From the NCBI GenBank assembly GCA_902795825.1, contig CADBML010000087.1:1-38815 (forward strand): a stretch of 38,815 bases of DNA, read 5' to 3'. Positions 8,530 to 15,974 of this stretch are shown piece after piece. Positions within the stretch are counted from its first letter, which is position 1; every line of letters starts with the position of its first letter. The notes beneath the pieces are model-generated. The model ran no database searches, had not been told where the DNA came from, and saw only the letters and a list, made by a program, of their open reading frames with translations. Source of the stretch: an uncultured Bacteroidales bacterium. Its GTDB lineage: Bacteria > Bacteroidota > Bacteroidia > Bacteroidales > Muribaculaceae. The translations under genes and the position numbers were made by a program.

Positions 8530-10725
8530 TTATCTAACCACGATTTTCTGCGAGTGGGCGACTTTTCCGCCGTTGACGGTGACGATGTAAACGCCTTTTT
8601 GCAGGCCGTCGGTGGCGATTGTGGCCCGCCCGTCAGTGCCGGTCACCGTCTTGACGATAGCGCCTGAGGGCGAAACTACCGACGCACGGAACGAATCGGC
8701 CTCTGCGGCGGCAATCGAAAGCGAGCCGTCGGCGTTGGTGGCGATGAGCACCGTGGGCAACTTCCGGGCGATGTTCTGTTCGACGCCGGTGCGTTCCATC
8801 AGTTCGAGCAGACCGGCGTAAGCGTCGATTTTGCCTGCGCCTGCCTGGACGGTGCCGGTGTATTGGTCGTTGCGTGCGGTGGTTTGAGCCACTTGGACGG
8901 CATCCTCGGGAGTAAGCTCAGGCACGAGCTGCTTCCAAAGGGCCATGATTCCGCAGGTGTGGGGCGTTGCCATCGAGGTGCCCTGCATGATAGCCCAATG
9001 GTTGTCGCGGCCGTTGAGGTTGTCAACTCGTACGATATAAGCCTCTTCGTAGGCCTTGCCGCCGGTGGAGTTGATGTTGTAGGTGCTGACCGACGAAACA
9101 TTGCCGCAGCCGGGAGCGACAATGTGGGGCATTTCGCGTCTGTCCCAGAGTGTTCCCCAACTTGAGAAGGGCGATATCTTGTCGGCTTCATAATCGGCAT
9201 CGCCGTAGCTGTATTCGTATCCGTCAATAGAAGTCCATGAGTAGCGGGTGTTGTAAGCGCCGACGGCAACGATTCGCCGTCCGCAAGCCATGGAGTTGAA
9301 TGTGCCGTCGCCGTTGCCGGTGATGAACGCGGAATTATTGACGTCGGAAAATTCTGTGCCATAGTCGCCGCCGTGATAGCAGTAGATTTTATGCCCGGGA
9401 GAGCCTTCAACTAGGAAGCCCAAATGATAACGGGTGTTTGTTGCGATTGCATAGCAGTCGTAAATCACGCTGAAGCGGTTGCTGCCGTTGGTGAGCTGGG
9501 CGGTCACTTCGAATGGCGTGCCGTAGTCTCTGAAATAGTCGGAGATATCGAGACTGGAAAAACTAGGTGAAAGCGTTCCGCTGAAAGTGTCGCTCACTGT
9601 AAGTGATGTCAATGTCTTTTGGATTCCACCTGAGGAGTTACAAATGAATGGCGTCACTGTAAACGGTGTTTCATCATCGCCATAAAATTCCACTTTTCCT
9701 ATAACATAGGGATAACCATAAGGATATCCGATGGCTGTCCTGAATTGTCGAGATGCGTTGGTAAATTCGCGTACGATTGAAATCTCGGAATCGCCCTCGT
9801 TGCCGGCGGCGATGCACACTATTGGCGGAATCTCGTAGCCGCTGACGATTTGGTCGATGTATTGGCACATCTGGTCGTATTCGTCGTGTTGGCCGTCGTT
9901 TCCTCCGAGCGATAAGTTGACGACCGCAGGTTTGCCGACGGATTCGGCATAGTCGCAGACGTCGATGATTCCGAGCAGGATGTTGTAGTTGTAGAGGTCG
10001 CCGCAGGTGACGTAGATGTCGCTTCCGCTTGCCACTCCCGAGAAGTCGGTGTCGCCTCCGGTGTAAGAGCCTGCCATCATTCCGAGCACGTGGGTGCCGT
10101 GGGTCTCGTCCTCATTTTCGGTGGTGAAAGAGGCGATTTCGGATTCTGTGGCGTAGCGGGTGACGGAGCCGCTGGAGCCGGAAAACACCGATATCCCTTT
10201 CACGCGGCTGTTGCCGGCGGCATCGTGGAATGCGACGTGGTTAGGGTCGAGGCCGGTGTCCATCAAGCCGACCACCACTCCCGTCCCGTCGAAGTAAAGC
10301 GTTTCTTCGGGCTTTTCAGGGTTGGTAATGCCGTTGCGTATCGCGTCAACGTTGGAGGCGGCTCGGGCGAGGTCGTTTTTGACTTTGACTTTTTTTGCCG
10401 TCGAAATGTATTTCACCTTCTTGAGCTTTGAAATTTGCTCCATCTCGGCAACCGGCATTTCCACGATGGCGAGGCCATTGCGGCGGTCGCGGATGGTGGC
10501 ACCGAGCGATTCTATTTCATCGAGCACGGCCGCGTCGGAGAAACTGACGATTGTCAGCGTTGACGCTGGCGGAGTGACGGCGTGGCCCTTGATAGCGACG
10601 CGGTCGGAAGCTGCCTTCAGTTCGCGCACCATTTTTTGCCCTTGTGGGTCGAGTTTGGCTTGGGCAAAAGCCCCGCCGAACATTAGCGCGGCGGTGGTTA
10701 TGACAATGAGTAATCGTTTCATCAT
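8530..10725 (-). CDS. S8 (subtilisin-family) serine peptidase with a T9SS C-terminal sorting domain
   Basis: 731 aa with a signal peptide and D/H/S triad motifs GLMDTGLD, HGTHVLG and GTSMATPH. The C-terminus (KGVYIVTVNGGKVAHSQKIVVR) is typical of Por_Secre_tail. Confidence 0.9.
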   Translation of the reverse strand: MMKRLLIVITTAALMFGGAFAQAKLDPQGQKMVRELKAASDRVAIKGHAVTPPASTLTIVSFSDAAVLDEIESLGATIRDRRNGLAIVEMPVAEMEQISKLKKVKYISTAKKVKVKNDLARAASNVDAIRNGITNPEKPEETLYFDGTGVVVGLMDTGLDPNHVAFHDAAGNSRVKGISVFSGSSGSVTRYATESEIASFTTENEDETHGTHVLGMMAGSYTGGDTDFSGVASGSDIYVTCGDLYNYNILLGIIDVCDYAESVGKPAVVNLSLGGNDGQHDEYDQMCQYIDQIVSGYEIPPIVCIAAGNEGDSEISIVREFTNASRQFRTAIGYPYGYPYVIGKVEFYGDDETPFTVTPFICNSSGGIQKTLTSLTVSDTFSGTLSPSFSSLDISDYFRDYGTPFEVTAQLTNGSNRFSVIYDCYAIATNTRYHLGFLVEGSPGHKIYCYHGGDYGTEFSDVNNSAFITGNGDGTFNSMACGRRIVAVGAYNTRYSWTSIDGYEYSYGDADYEADKISPFSSWGTLWDRREMPHIVAPGCGNVSSVSTYNINSTGGKAYEEAYIVRVDNLNGRDNHWAIMQGTSMATPHTCGIMALWKQLVPELTPEDAVQVAQTTARNDQYTGTVQAGAGKIDAYAGLLELMERTGVEQNIARKLPTVLIATNADGSLSIAAAEADSFRASVVSPSGAIVKTVTGTDGRATIATDGLQKGVYIVTVNGGKVAHSQKIVVR

Positions 10726-10765
10726 AAGTGTATAGTTATTTGTGAAAAAATTGTATTATCGTCGG

Positions 10766-10773
10766 CAAAACTA
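10766..10773 (-). promoter_or_regulatory. -7 box (TAGTTTTG on the minus strand) for the S8 peptidase
   Basis: Exact TAnnTTTG match about 40 nt upstream of the start codon. Confidence 0.45.
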
Positions 10774-10800
10774 CGAAAAATCAGAGCAATATGCAACAAT

Positions 10801-10830
10801 TTGGCTGAAAAAACTTACTTTTTCAGCCAA
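10801..10830 (-). terminator. hairpin terminator downstream of uraA
   Basis: 12-bp stem TTGGCTGAAAAA/TTTTTCAGCCAA with a 6-nt loop, 30 nt after the uraA stop codon. Confidence 0.6.
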
Positions 10831-10859
10831 ACAGTATTCGGAAAATGGGGTGATGTCGA

Positions 10860-12065
10860 TTATTTCTTCGCCTTCTTATCGCGGGGAAGAATCAAGTTGA
10901 GAATCACGCCGACGAGAGCCGACAGACCGATGCCCTGAAGCGAGAACGAACCTATCGACCACACCGCGCCGCCGATTCCGAGCGTCAGCACCACCGAGAT
11001 GATGATGATGTTGCGGGTGATGTTAATGTCCACTTTGTTACGGAGCATATTCTGCACGCCTACGGAAGCGATTGAGCCGAAGAGCAGGAGCATAATGCCG
11101 CCGAGAACAGCCTGGGGAATAGTCGATAGGAAGGCGGAGAGTTTGCCGCAAATTGAGAACACTATCGCTGTGGCTGCGGCTACGCGGATGACTGCCGGGC
11201 TTGTCACGCGGGTGATTTGCATCGCGCCGGTCACTTCGGAATAGGTGGTTACCGGAGGTCCGCCGATAAACGACGCCACGAGGCATGCAAGTCCGTCGCC
11301 AGCCATCGTGCGGTGGAGTCCTGGGTCTTTGGTGAAGTCTTTGTTCGCGACGGCGCTAACCACATAGATGTCGCCTATGTGCTCAACCACGGGCGCTATA
11401 GCCACTGGAATCATGAAGACGAAGGGCTCCCAAGCAAATTCGGGCCAATGGAAATCGGTCAGCGAAGATGGCAGCGACAACCATTGGGCTTCGGCGATGG
11501 GAGTGTAGTCGATTAGCCCGGCGATGGCTGCGGCAATGTAACCCACAATTATTCCGCAAATCACGGGAATGATTTTCAGAGGTCCGCGTCCCGCGGCCAT
11601 AGCGAGAATCGACGCTCCAAGCGACACAATAGCAAGCCACCAACATTCTTTCGCCATATTGACGGCGCTCGGCGAGAGCGACAGACCGATGAGGATAATC
11701 ACCGGACCGATTACGGCGGGAGGGAAGATGCGGTCGAGAAACAGTTTGCCTTGCCACTTGATTAGAATACTGACAATGAAATAAACTAAAGCCACTCCGC
11801 TAAGTCCGGCGAAAGTGGCAGGCAATCCCCACTGGGCAGTGGCCGCGATGATGGGGGCGATGAAAGCGAAACTGCTTCCGAGGAAGACGGGAACTTTACC
11901 TTTTGTTACAAGGTGGAACAGAAATGTGCCGATTCCGGCGGAGAAAAGGGCTGTCGCGGGGTCGATTCCAATCAGCAGTGGGACGAGCACTGTCGCTCCG
12001 AACGCCACAAACAAAAACTGAACGCCGACGATGCCTTTTCTGACAGGACTTAATTCATTTTTCAT
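10860..12065 (-). CDS. uraA: uracil permease (NCS2 family)
   Basis: 401 aa, polytopic. The block FGATVLVPLL...GKVPVFLGSSFAFIAPI closely resembles the E. coli UraA N-terminus. Confidence 0.85.
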   Translation of the reverse strand: MKNELSPVRKGIVGVQFLFVAFGATVLVPLLIGIDPATALFSAGIGTFLFHLVTKGKVPVFLGSSFAFIAPIIAATAQWGLPATFAGLSGVALVYFIVSILIKWQGKLFLDRIFPPAVIGPVIILIGLSLSPSAVNMAKECWWLAIVSLGASILAMAAGRGPLKIIPVICGIIVGYIAAAIAGLIDYTPIAEAQWLSLPSSLTDFHWPEFAWEPFVFMIPVAIAPVVEHIGDIYVVSAVANKDFTKDPGLHRTMAGDGLACLVASFIGGPPVTTYSEVTGAMQITRVTSPAVIRVAAATAIVFSICGKLSAFLSTIPQAVLGGIMLLLFGSIASVGVQNMLRNKVDINITRNIIIISVVLTLGIGGAVWSIGSFSLQGIGLSALVGVILNLILPRDKKAKK

Positions 12066-12081
12066 AAATGGAATTTCTTTG

Positions 12082-12089
12082 CAAAGTTA
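12082..12089 (-). promoter_or_regulatory. -7 box (TAACTTTG on the minus strand) for uraA
   Basis: Exact TAnnTTTG match 17 nt upstream of the ATG. It overlaps the first unit of the tandem repeat. Confidence 0.4.
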
Positions 12090-12339
12090 GTGCAAGCCGA
12101 GCGAAATGTCAAGAAAAAACGAAAATTTTTTTCTTGCATTTCCGAGGCGCAGCCTAACTTCGAGGCCGCCCCGCCCTCAACGTTAGTGCAAGCCGAGCGC
12201 AAAACAAAATAAAAGACAAAGTTTTTTTATTTTTTTTGCCGAGGCGCCGCCTAACTTCGAGGTCTTCACGACCTCAACGTTAGTAAAGCCGAGCGAAATG
12301 TCAAGAAAAAACGAAAATTTTTTTCTTGCATTTCCGAGG
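12086..12339. repeat. 2.6 tandem copies of a 96-97 bp hairpin-bearing intergenic repeat
   Basis: Units start with GTTAGTGCAAGCCGAGCG at 12086, 12182 and 12279. Each carries an A/T-rich bulged hairpin followed by CCGAGGCGC.GCCTAACTTCGAGG. Confidence 0.85.
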
Positions 12340-12432
12340 AGTCAAAAAAACACATGGGGTGTGTAACAAACTTGCGCCTTTTTACGTCATATAAACAAAA
12401 AGACATTAAATCCCGATAAATCGTAAAATGTT

Positions 12433-13362
12433 ATGAAACGTGTGATTCTTTCCCTGACACTGATAATCGCTTTGACGGCAGCGTTTGAGTCGTCGGCAAT
12501 TAACAAGGTCCTTCCTTCGGAATGGACAGAATTTTTCCAAAAAGGTAGCTCCACGACGGTTAAAGCGTCGAAGAAAAAAGCGACGATCCGCAACACAGTT
12601 GGGGCATTCAGCAAAATAGAGAATGTGTGTTCGGCCGACGTGTCAGTGGTCCGCGGCAACGCCAATGAGGTCGAAATCAGCGGGCCCGACAATGTTGTCG
12701 GACTTCTTTCCTGCGATGTTGGCGGCTCGACGCTGAAAATACGCTTTAAGAAAAATGTGTCAGTATCGATTGGCGAGGGTTGTCCCGATTTGAAAATCAA
12801 GGTCACGATGCGCTCGGCTTTAAGCTCGGTAAGAAATGCCGGTTCGGGCGACTTCGAATGTGACAAGACCGTCGATTGGAGCAACGATGCCAAAATCATG
12901 TCGTCAGGTTCGGGCGACATCTCCATAAAGTCGATTCGCTCAGAGAGTTTGAAGGTGCAAATGGCCGGCTCTGCCGACATGAAGATTGACGAAATGCGGT
13001 CGACGTCGGTGTCGGTAATGATGTCGGGTTCGGGCGACTTCGAGTCGCATTTGACTGATTGCGATGTCCTCAACTTCATGATGAGCGGTTCGGGCGACGC
13101 AAAAAACGTCAAGATGAAATGCCGCATAGCAAATTTTATGCTTAGCGGGAGCGGCGACGCTGTTGTCAAGGACTTGGATTGCTCCACGCTCAACGTCATG
13201 TCGTCGGGTTCGGGCTCATCGCGACTGGCCGGACAGTGCGTGTCGGCAAATTACACAGTCAGCGGCACAGGCGACATCAACGCCAAGGAGATGACGGCCA
13301 AAAGCGTCAACGTGCGCGCCACCGGCCCCGGCGACGTCCTCTACAGCAAGCCGAAACGATGA
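12433..13362 (+). CDS. DUF2807 / GIN-domain (putative adhesin head) secreted protein
   Basis: 309 aa with a signal peptide and a roughly 20-aa periodic beta-solenoid-like repeat carrying SGSGD/AGSGD motifs. The long antisense ORF 12387-13199 is a mirror artefact. Confidence 0.8.
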   Translation: MKRVILSLTLIIALTAAFESSAINKVLPSEWTEFFQKGSSTTVKASKKKATIRNTVGAFSKIENVCSADVSVVRGNANEVEISGPDNVVGLLSCDVGGSTLKIRFKKNVSVSIGEGCPDLKIKVTMRSALSSVRNAGSGDFECDKTVDWSNDAKIMSSGSGDISIKSIRSESLKVQMAGSADMKIDEMRSTSVSVMMSGSGDFESHLTDCDVLNFMMSGSGDAKNVKMKCRIANFMLSGSGDAVVKDLDCSTLNVMSSGSGSSRLAGQCVSANYTVSGTGDINAKEMTAKSVNVRATGPGDVLYSKPKR

Positions 13363-13430
13363 ACTGGGGCTGATTTGCGGCAAAATAATGACAAAATGCG
13401 ACGAACATGGCTGTTTTTCTTAAAAAATGC

Positions 13431-13460
13431 TTTGTCATTCAAGGAATTTTTGTAAATTTG
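13431..13460 (+). promoter_or_regulatory. promoter of the aromatic amino-acid operon (-33 TTTG, -7 TAAATTTG)
   Basis: TTTG at 13431-13434 and TAAATTTG at 13453-13460 with an 18-nt spacer. This lies about 22 nt upstream of the leader-peptide ATG. Confidence 0.55.
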
Positions 13461-13481
13461 TGCCGTAAATAACCCGATTAT

Positions 13482-13535
13482 ATGTTCGCTTTTGACGCAT
13501 ACGCATTTTTTTACTTTTATTTCGTCGAGAAGTAA
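13482..13535 (+). CDS. Phe/Tyr-rich leader peptide MFAFDAYAFFYFYFVEK
   Basis: 17 codons, 6 Phe and 3 Tyr. The stop codon is 2-3 nt before the antiterminator arm. It is below the ORF-track size cut-off. Confidence 0.6.
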   Translation: MFAFDAYAFFYFYFVEK

Positions 13536-13537
13536 GA

Positions 13538-13616
13538 GCGGGATTTTGCGTTGGCCGATAGTGAATTAAAATCGACAAATAGCGAATAAAATCCCGCTGA
13601 GATGCGGGATTTTTTG
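13538..13616 (+). promoter_or_regulatory. transcription attenuator (antiterminator/terminator switch)
   Basis: GCGGGATTTT occurs twice (13538-13547 and 13604-13613). Both copies are perfectly complementary to AAAATCCCGC (13588-13597). The second pairing is followed by a T-run and so forms an intrinsic terminator. Confidence 0.7.
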
Positions 13617-13628
13617 GTAAATAGACGA

Positions 13629-14492
13629 ATGAACGAAATAAAGAAAATCAGAGTTGCCATTCAGGGCATTGCCGGCTGCTTCCACGATGTGGCGGCGCGG
13701 GAATATTTTGAGGGTCGCGACATTGAGCCTGTGCCATGCACGACATTCGAGGAAATGTTTGAGACTCTCGACTACGACGCCTCGCTGATTGGCATCGTGG
13801 CCATCGAGAACACGATAGCCGGCAGCCTGCTCTACAATCATGAATTGCTCCGCCGCTCGACGGTGACGATTGTGGGGGAGGTGAAGCGGAGGATTTCCCA
13901 TGTGCTGTGCGCTCTCGACGGCCAGGAAATGGCCGACTTGGATTCGGCCATGTCGCATCCTATGGCGCTCCGCCAATGCGAGGCTTTCCTCCGCCAGCAT
14001 CCCAATCTCAACAAGGTGGAGCATTTCGATACTGCCGGAAGCGCGCGCGAAATAGCCGAGAAAAAGTTGCGCGGCAAGGCCGCTGTGTGTAGCGAGCTTG
14101 CGGCCAACCTTTACGGGCTGAACATCCTCGAGCGCGGCATCGAAACCAACAAGCGCAATTTCACCCGCTTTGTGGTCGTTGCCGACCCGCTTGTGGCGTC
14201 GGAGCTTCGCCCCGCTGAGGCCGACATCAACAAGTCGTCGATAGTGTTCACGCTGCCCCACACTCAAGGCGCTTTGTCGAAAGTGCTGACGATTTTCTCG
14301 TTCTACGACATGAACCTGTCGAAAATCCAGTCGGTGCCCATCATCGGCCGCGAATGGGAATATCGCTTCTATGTCAACCTTACATTCGACAGCTTCGCGC
14401 GCTATCGTCAGGCAATCGACGCTGTGCGCCCGCTTATCAACGATTTAAAAATTCTGGGAGAATATGTCAGTTGCGATGATGAACAGCGGTGA
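13629..14492 (+). CDS. pheA: prephenate dehydratase (with ACT domain)
   Basis: MNEIKKIRVAIQGIAGCFHD... has PDT-domain signatures and a C-terminal ACT region. I moved the start from the track's 13602, which lies inside the terminator stem, to the ATG at 13629. Confidence 0.9.
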   Translation: MNEIKKIRVAIQGIAGCFHDVAAREYFEGRDIEPVPCTTFEEMFETLDYDASLIGIVAIENTIAGSLLYNHELLRRSTVTIVGEVKRRISHVLCALDGQEMADLDSAMSHPMALRQCEAFLRQHPNLNKVEHFDTAGSAREIAEKKLRGKAAVCSELAANLYGLNILERGIETNKRNFTRFVVVADPLVASELRPAEADINKSSIVFTLPHTQGALSKVLTIFSFYDMNLSKIQSVPIIGREWEYRFYVNLTFDSFARYRQAIDAVRPLINDLKILGEYVSCDDEQR

Positions 14493-15687
14493 CGAAAAAG
14501 CCATACGGCCTGCCGACAGGGTTTCGACTGTCGAGGAGTACTATTTCTCGCGCAAGCTGCGTGAGGTGGCGGCTATGAACGCCGCTGGAGCCGACGTGAT
14601 TTCGCTCGGCGTCGGCGGTCCCGACCGGCCTCCTCACGACTCTGTGATAGATGTGTTGAAGCGTGAGGCCTCACGTCCCGACACCCACGGCTACCAACCT
14701 TACGTAGGGTTGCCCGAGCTCCGCCAAGCGTTCGCCGACTGGTATGGCCGCATCTACGGCGTTATGCTCGACCCGAAGAACGAAATCCAACCGCTCATCG
14801 GTTCGAAGGAGGGTATTCTCCACATTTCCATGGCATTTGTCAACCCGGGCGACGTGGTGCTTCTCCCTAACCCGGGATATCCCACTTACACTTCGGTGAG
14901 CCGGCTTGTGGGAGCCGACATCCGCTATTACGATCTCACCGAAGCTAACGGCTGGATGCCCGACTTCGATGCTCTCGAGCGCTTGCCCCTCGACCGCGCG
15001 AAAATTATGTGGGTCAATTACCCCCACATGCCCACAGGGGCTCGAGCCTCGATGGCTTTGTTTGAGCGTCTTGTCGATTTCGGCCGCCGTCACGGCATTC
15101 TTATTGTCAACGACAACCCTTACAGTTTCATACTGAACGACAAGCCGTTGAGTATTCTTGCCGTCGATGGCGCAAAGGATGTGTGTATCGAAATGAACTC
15201 GCTTTCGAAGTCGCACAATATGGCGGGTTGGCGCATTGCCATGCTCGCATCGAACGACAGATTTGTCAACTGGGTGCTTCGGGTGAAGTCGAATGTCGAT
15301 AGCGGACAGTTCCGCCCGATGATGTCGGCTGCCGTCGAGGCGCTTTCGGCCGGCGACGACTGGTTTGAGGAGCTTAACGGCGAATATGCCCGACGTCGGA
15401 AAGTGGCGGAGCGGATAATGACTGCCCTCGACTGCACGTTCGACCCTCGTCAGAGCGGACTGTTTCTTTGGGGACGAATCCCCGAAGGCTACCCCGACGT
15501 GGAATCGCTTACCGAACCGGTGCTCCACGATGCCCGCGTGTTCATTACTCCGGGGTTTATTTTCGGTTCGAACGGCGCCCGCTACATCCGCATTTCGCTC
15601 TGCGCCACTCTCCCGCGCATGGAAGAAGCCCTTCAGCGAATCGTTGATTGGCAAAAAAAGGTTTCAGTCGATTCCCCGAAACAATGA
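14464..15687 (+). CDS. class I/II PLP-dependent aminotransferase (likely aromatic/prephenate aminotransferase)
   Basis: 407 aa with the PLP-lysine motif SLSKSHNMAGWR. It overlaps the pheA 3' end. The start could instead be 14476 or 14479. Confidence 0.85.
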   Translation: MSVAMMNSGDEKAIRPADRVSTVEEYYFSRKLREVAAMNAAGADVISLGVGGPDRPPHDSVIDVLKREASRPDTHGYQPYVGLPELRQAFADWYGRIYGVMLDPKNEIQPLIGSKEGILHISMAFVNPGDVVLLPNPGYPTYTSVSRLVGADIRYYDLTEANGWMPDFDALERLPLDRAKIMWVNYPHMPTGARASMALFERLVDFGRRHGILIVNDNPYSFILNDKPLSILAVDGAKDVCIEMNSLSKSHNMAGWRIAMLASNDRFVNWVLRVKSNVDSGQFRPMMSAAVEALSAGDDWFEELNGEYARRRKVAERIMTALDCTFDPRQSGLFLWGRIPEGYPDVESLTEPVLHDARVFITPGFIFGSNGARYIRISLCATLPRMEEALQRIVDWQKKVSVDSPKQ

Positions 15688-15741
15688 CGAATAGTGATAA
15701 ACAATTTAAGTTCCCGAAGTAAATGAAACTCGTTAAACGCA

Positions 15742-15864
15742 CTACCCCTCAGTCACTTGCACTTCGTGCTGCGTGACAGCTCCCCTGCTAGGGGAGCATC
15801 TTGCAAGCGTCTTGCGAAAATCCTCCCCTAGCAGGGGAGGTGGCTCGAAGAGCCGGAGGGGTAG
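15742..15864 (+). repeat. GC-rich REP-like element, copy A (inside the operon)
   Basis: Bounded by CTACCCCTC...GAGGGGTAG and contains hairpins GCTCCCCTGCTAGGGGAGC, CCTCCCCTAGCAGGGGAGG and GGCTCGAAGAGCC. Homologous to 18064-18183, 20720-20965 and 26710-26906. Confidence 0.85.
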
Positions 15865-15974
15865 AACTGTCCGAAAATTTACTATGCCAAAATATGGCAT
15901 TTTGCGCGCAATATAATGATAATAACTTAGTTAAAAACAGAAACTTGAGTAAACAACAAACAACACAATGATAT

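Noticed and set aside
12086-12339. Possible CRISPR array, given regularly spaced direct repeats with palindromic cores.
   Set aside because: The period is 96-97 bp and the whole unit is repeated, so there are no unique spacers. There are only 2.6 copies and no cas genes nearby.
15856-15864. GTAG in the repeat termini as evidence that the GC-rich family consists of RAYT-mobilised REPs.
   Set aside because: In classical REPs, GTAG lies 5' of the hairpin. Here it lies 3' of the hairpins at both outward ends, and no Y1 transposase is visible. I kept this only as something to check genome-wide.
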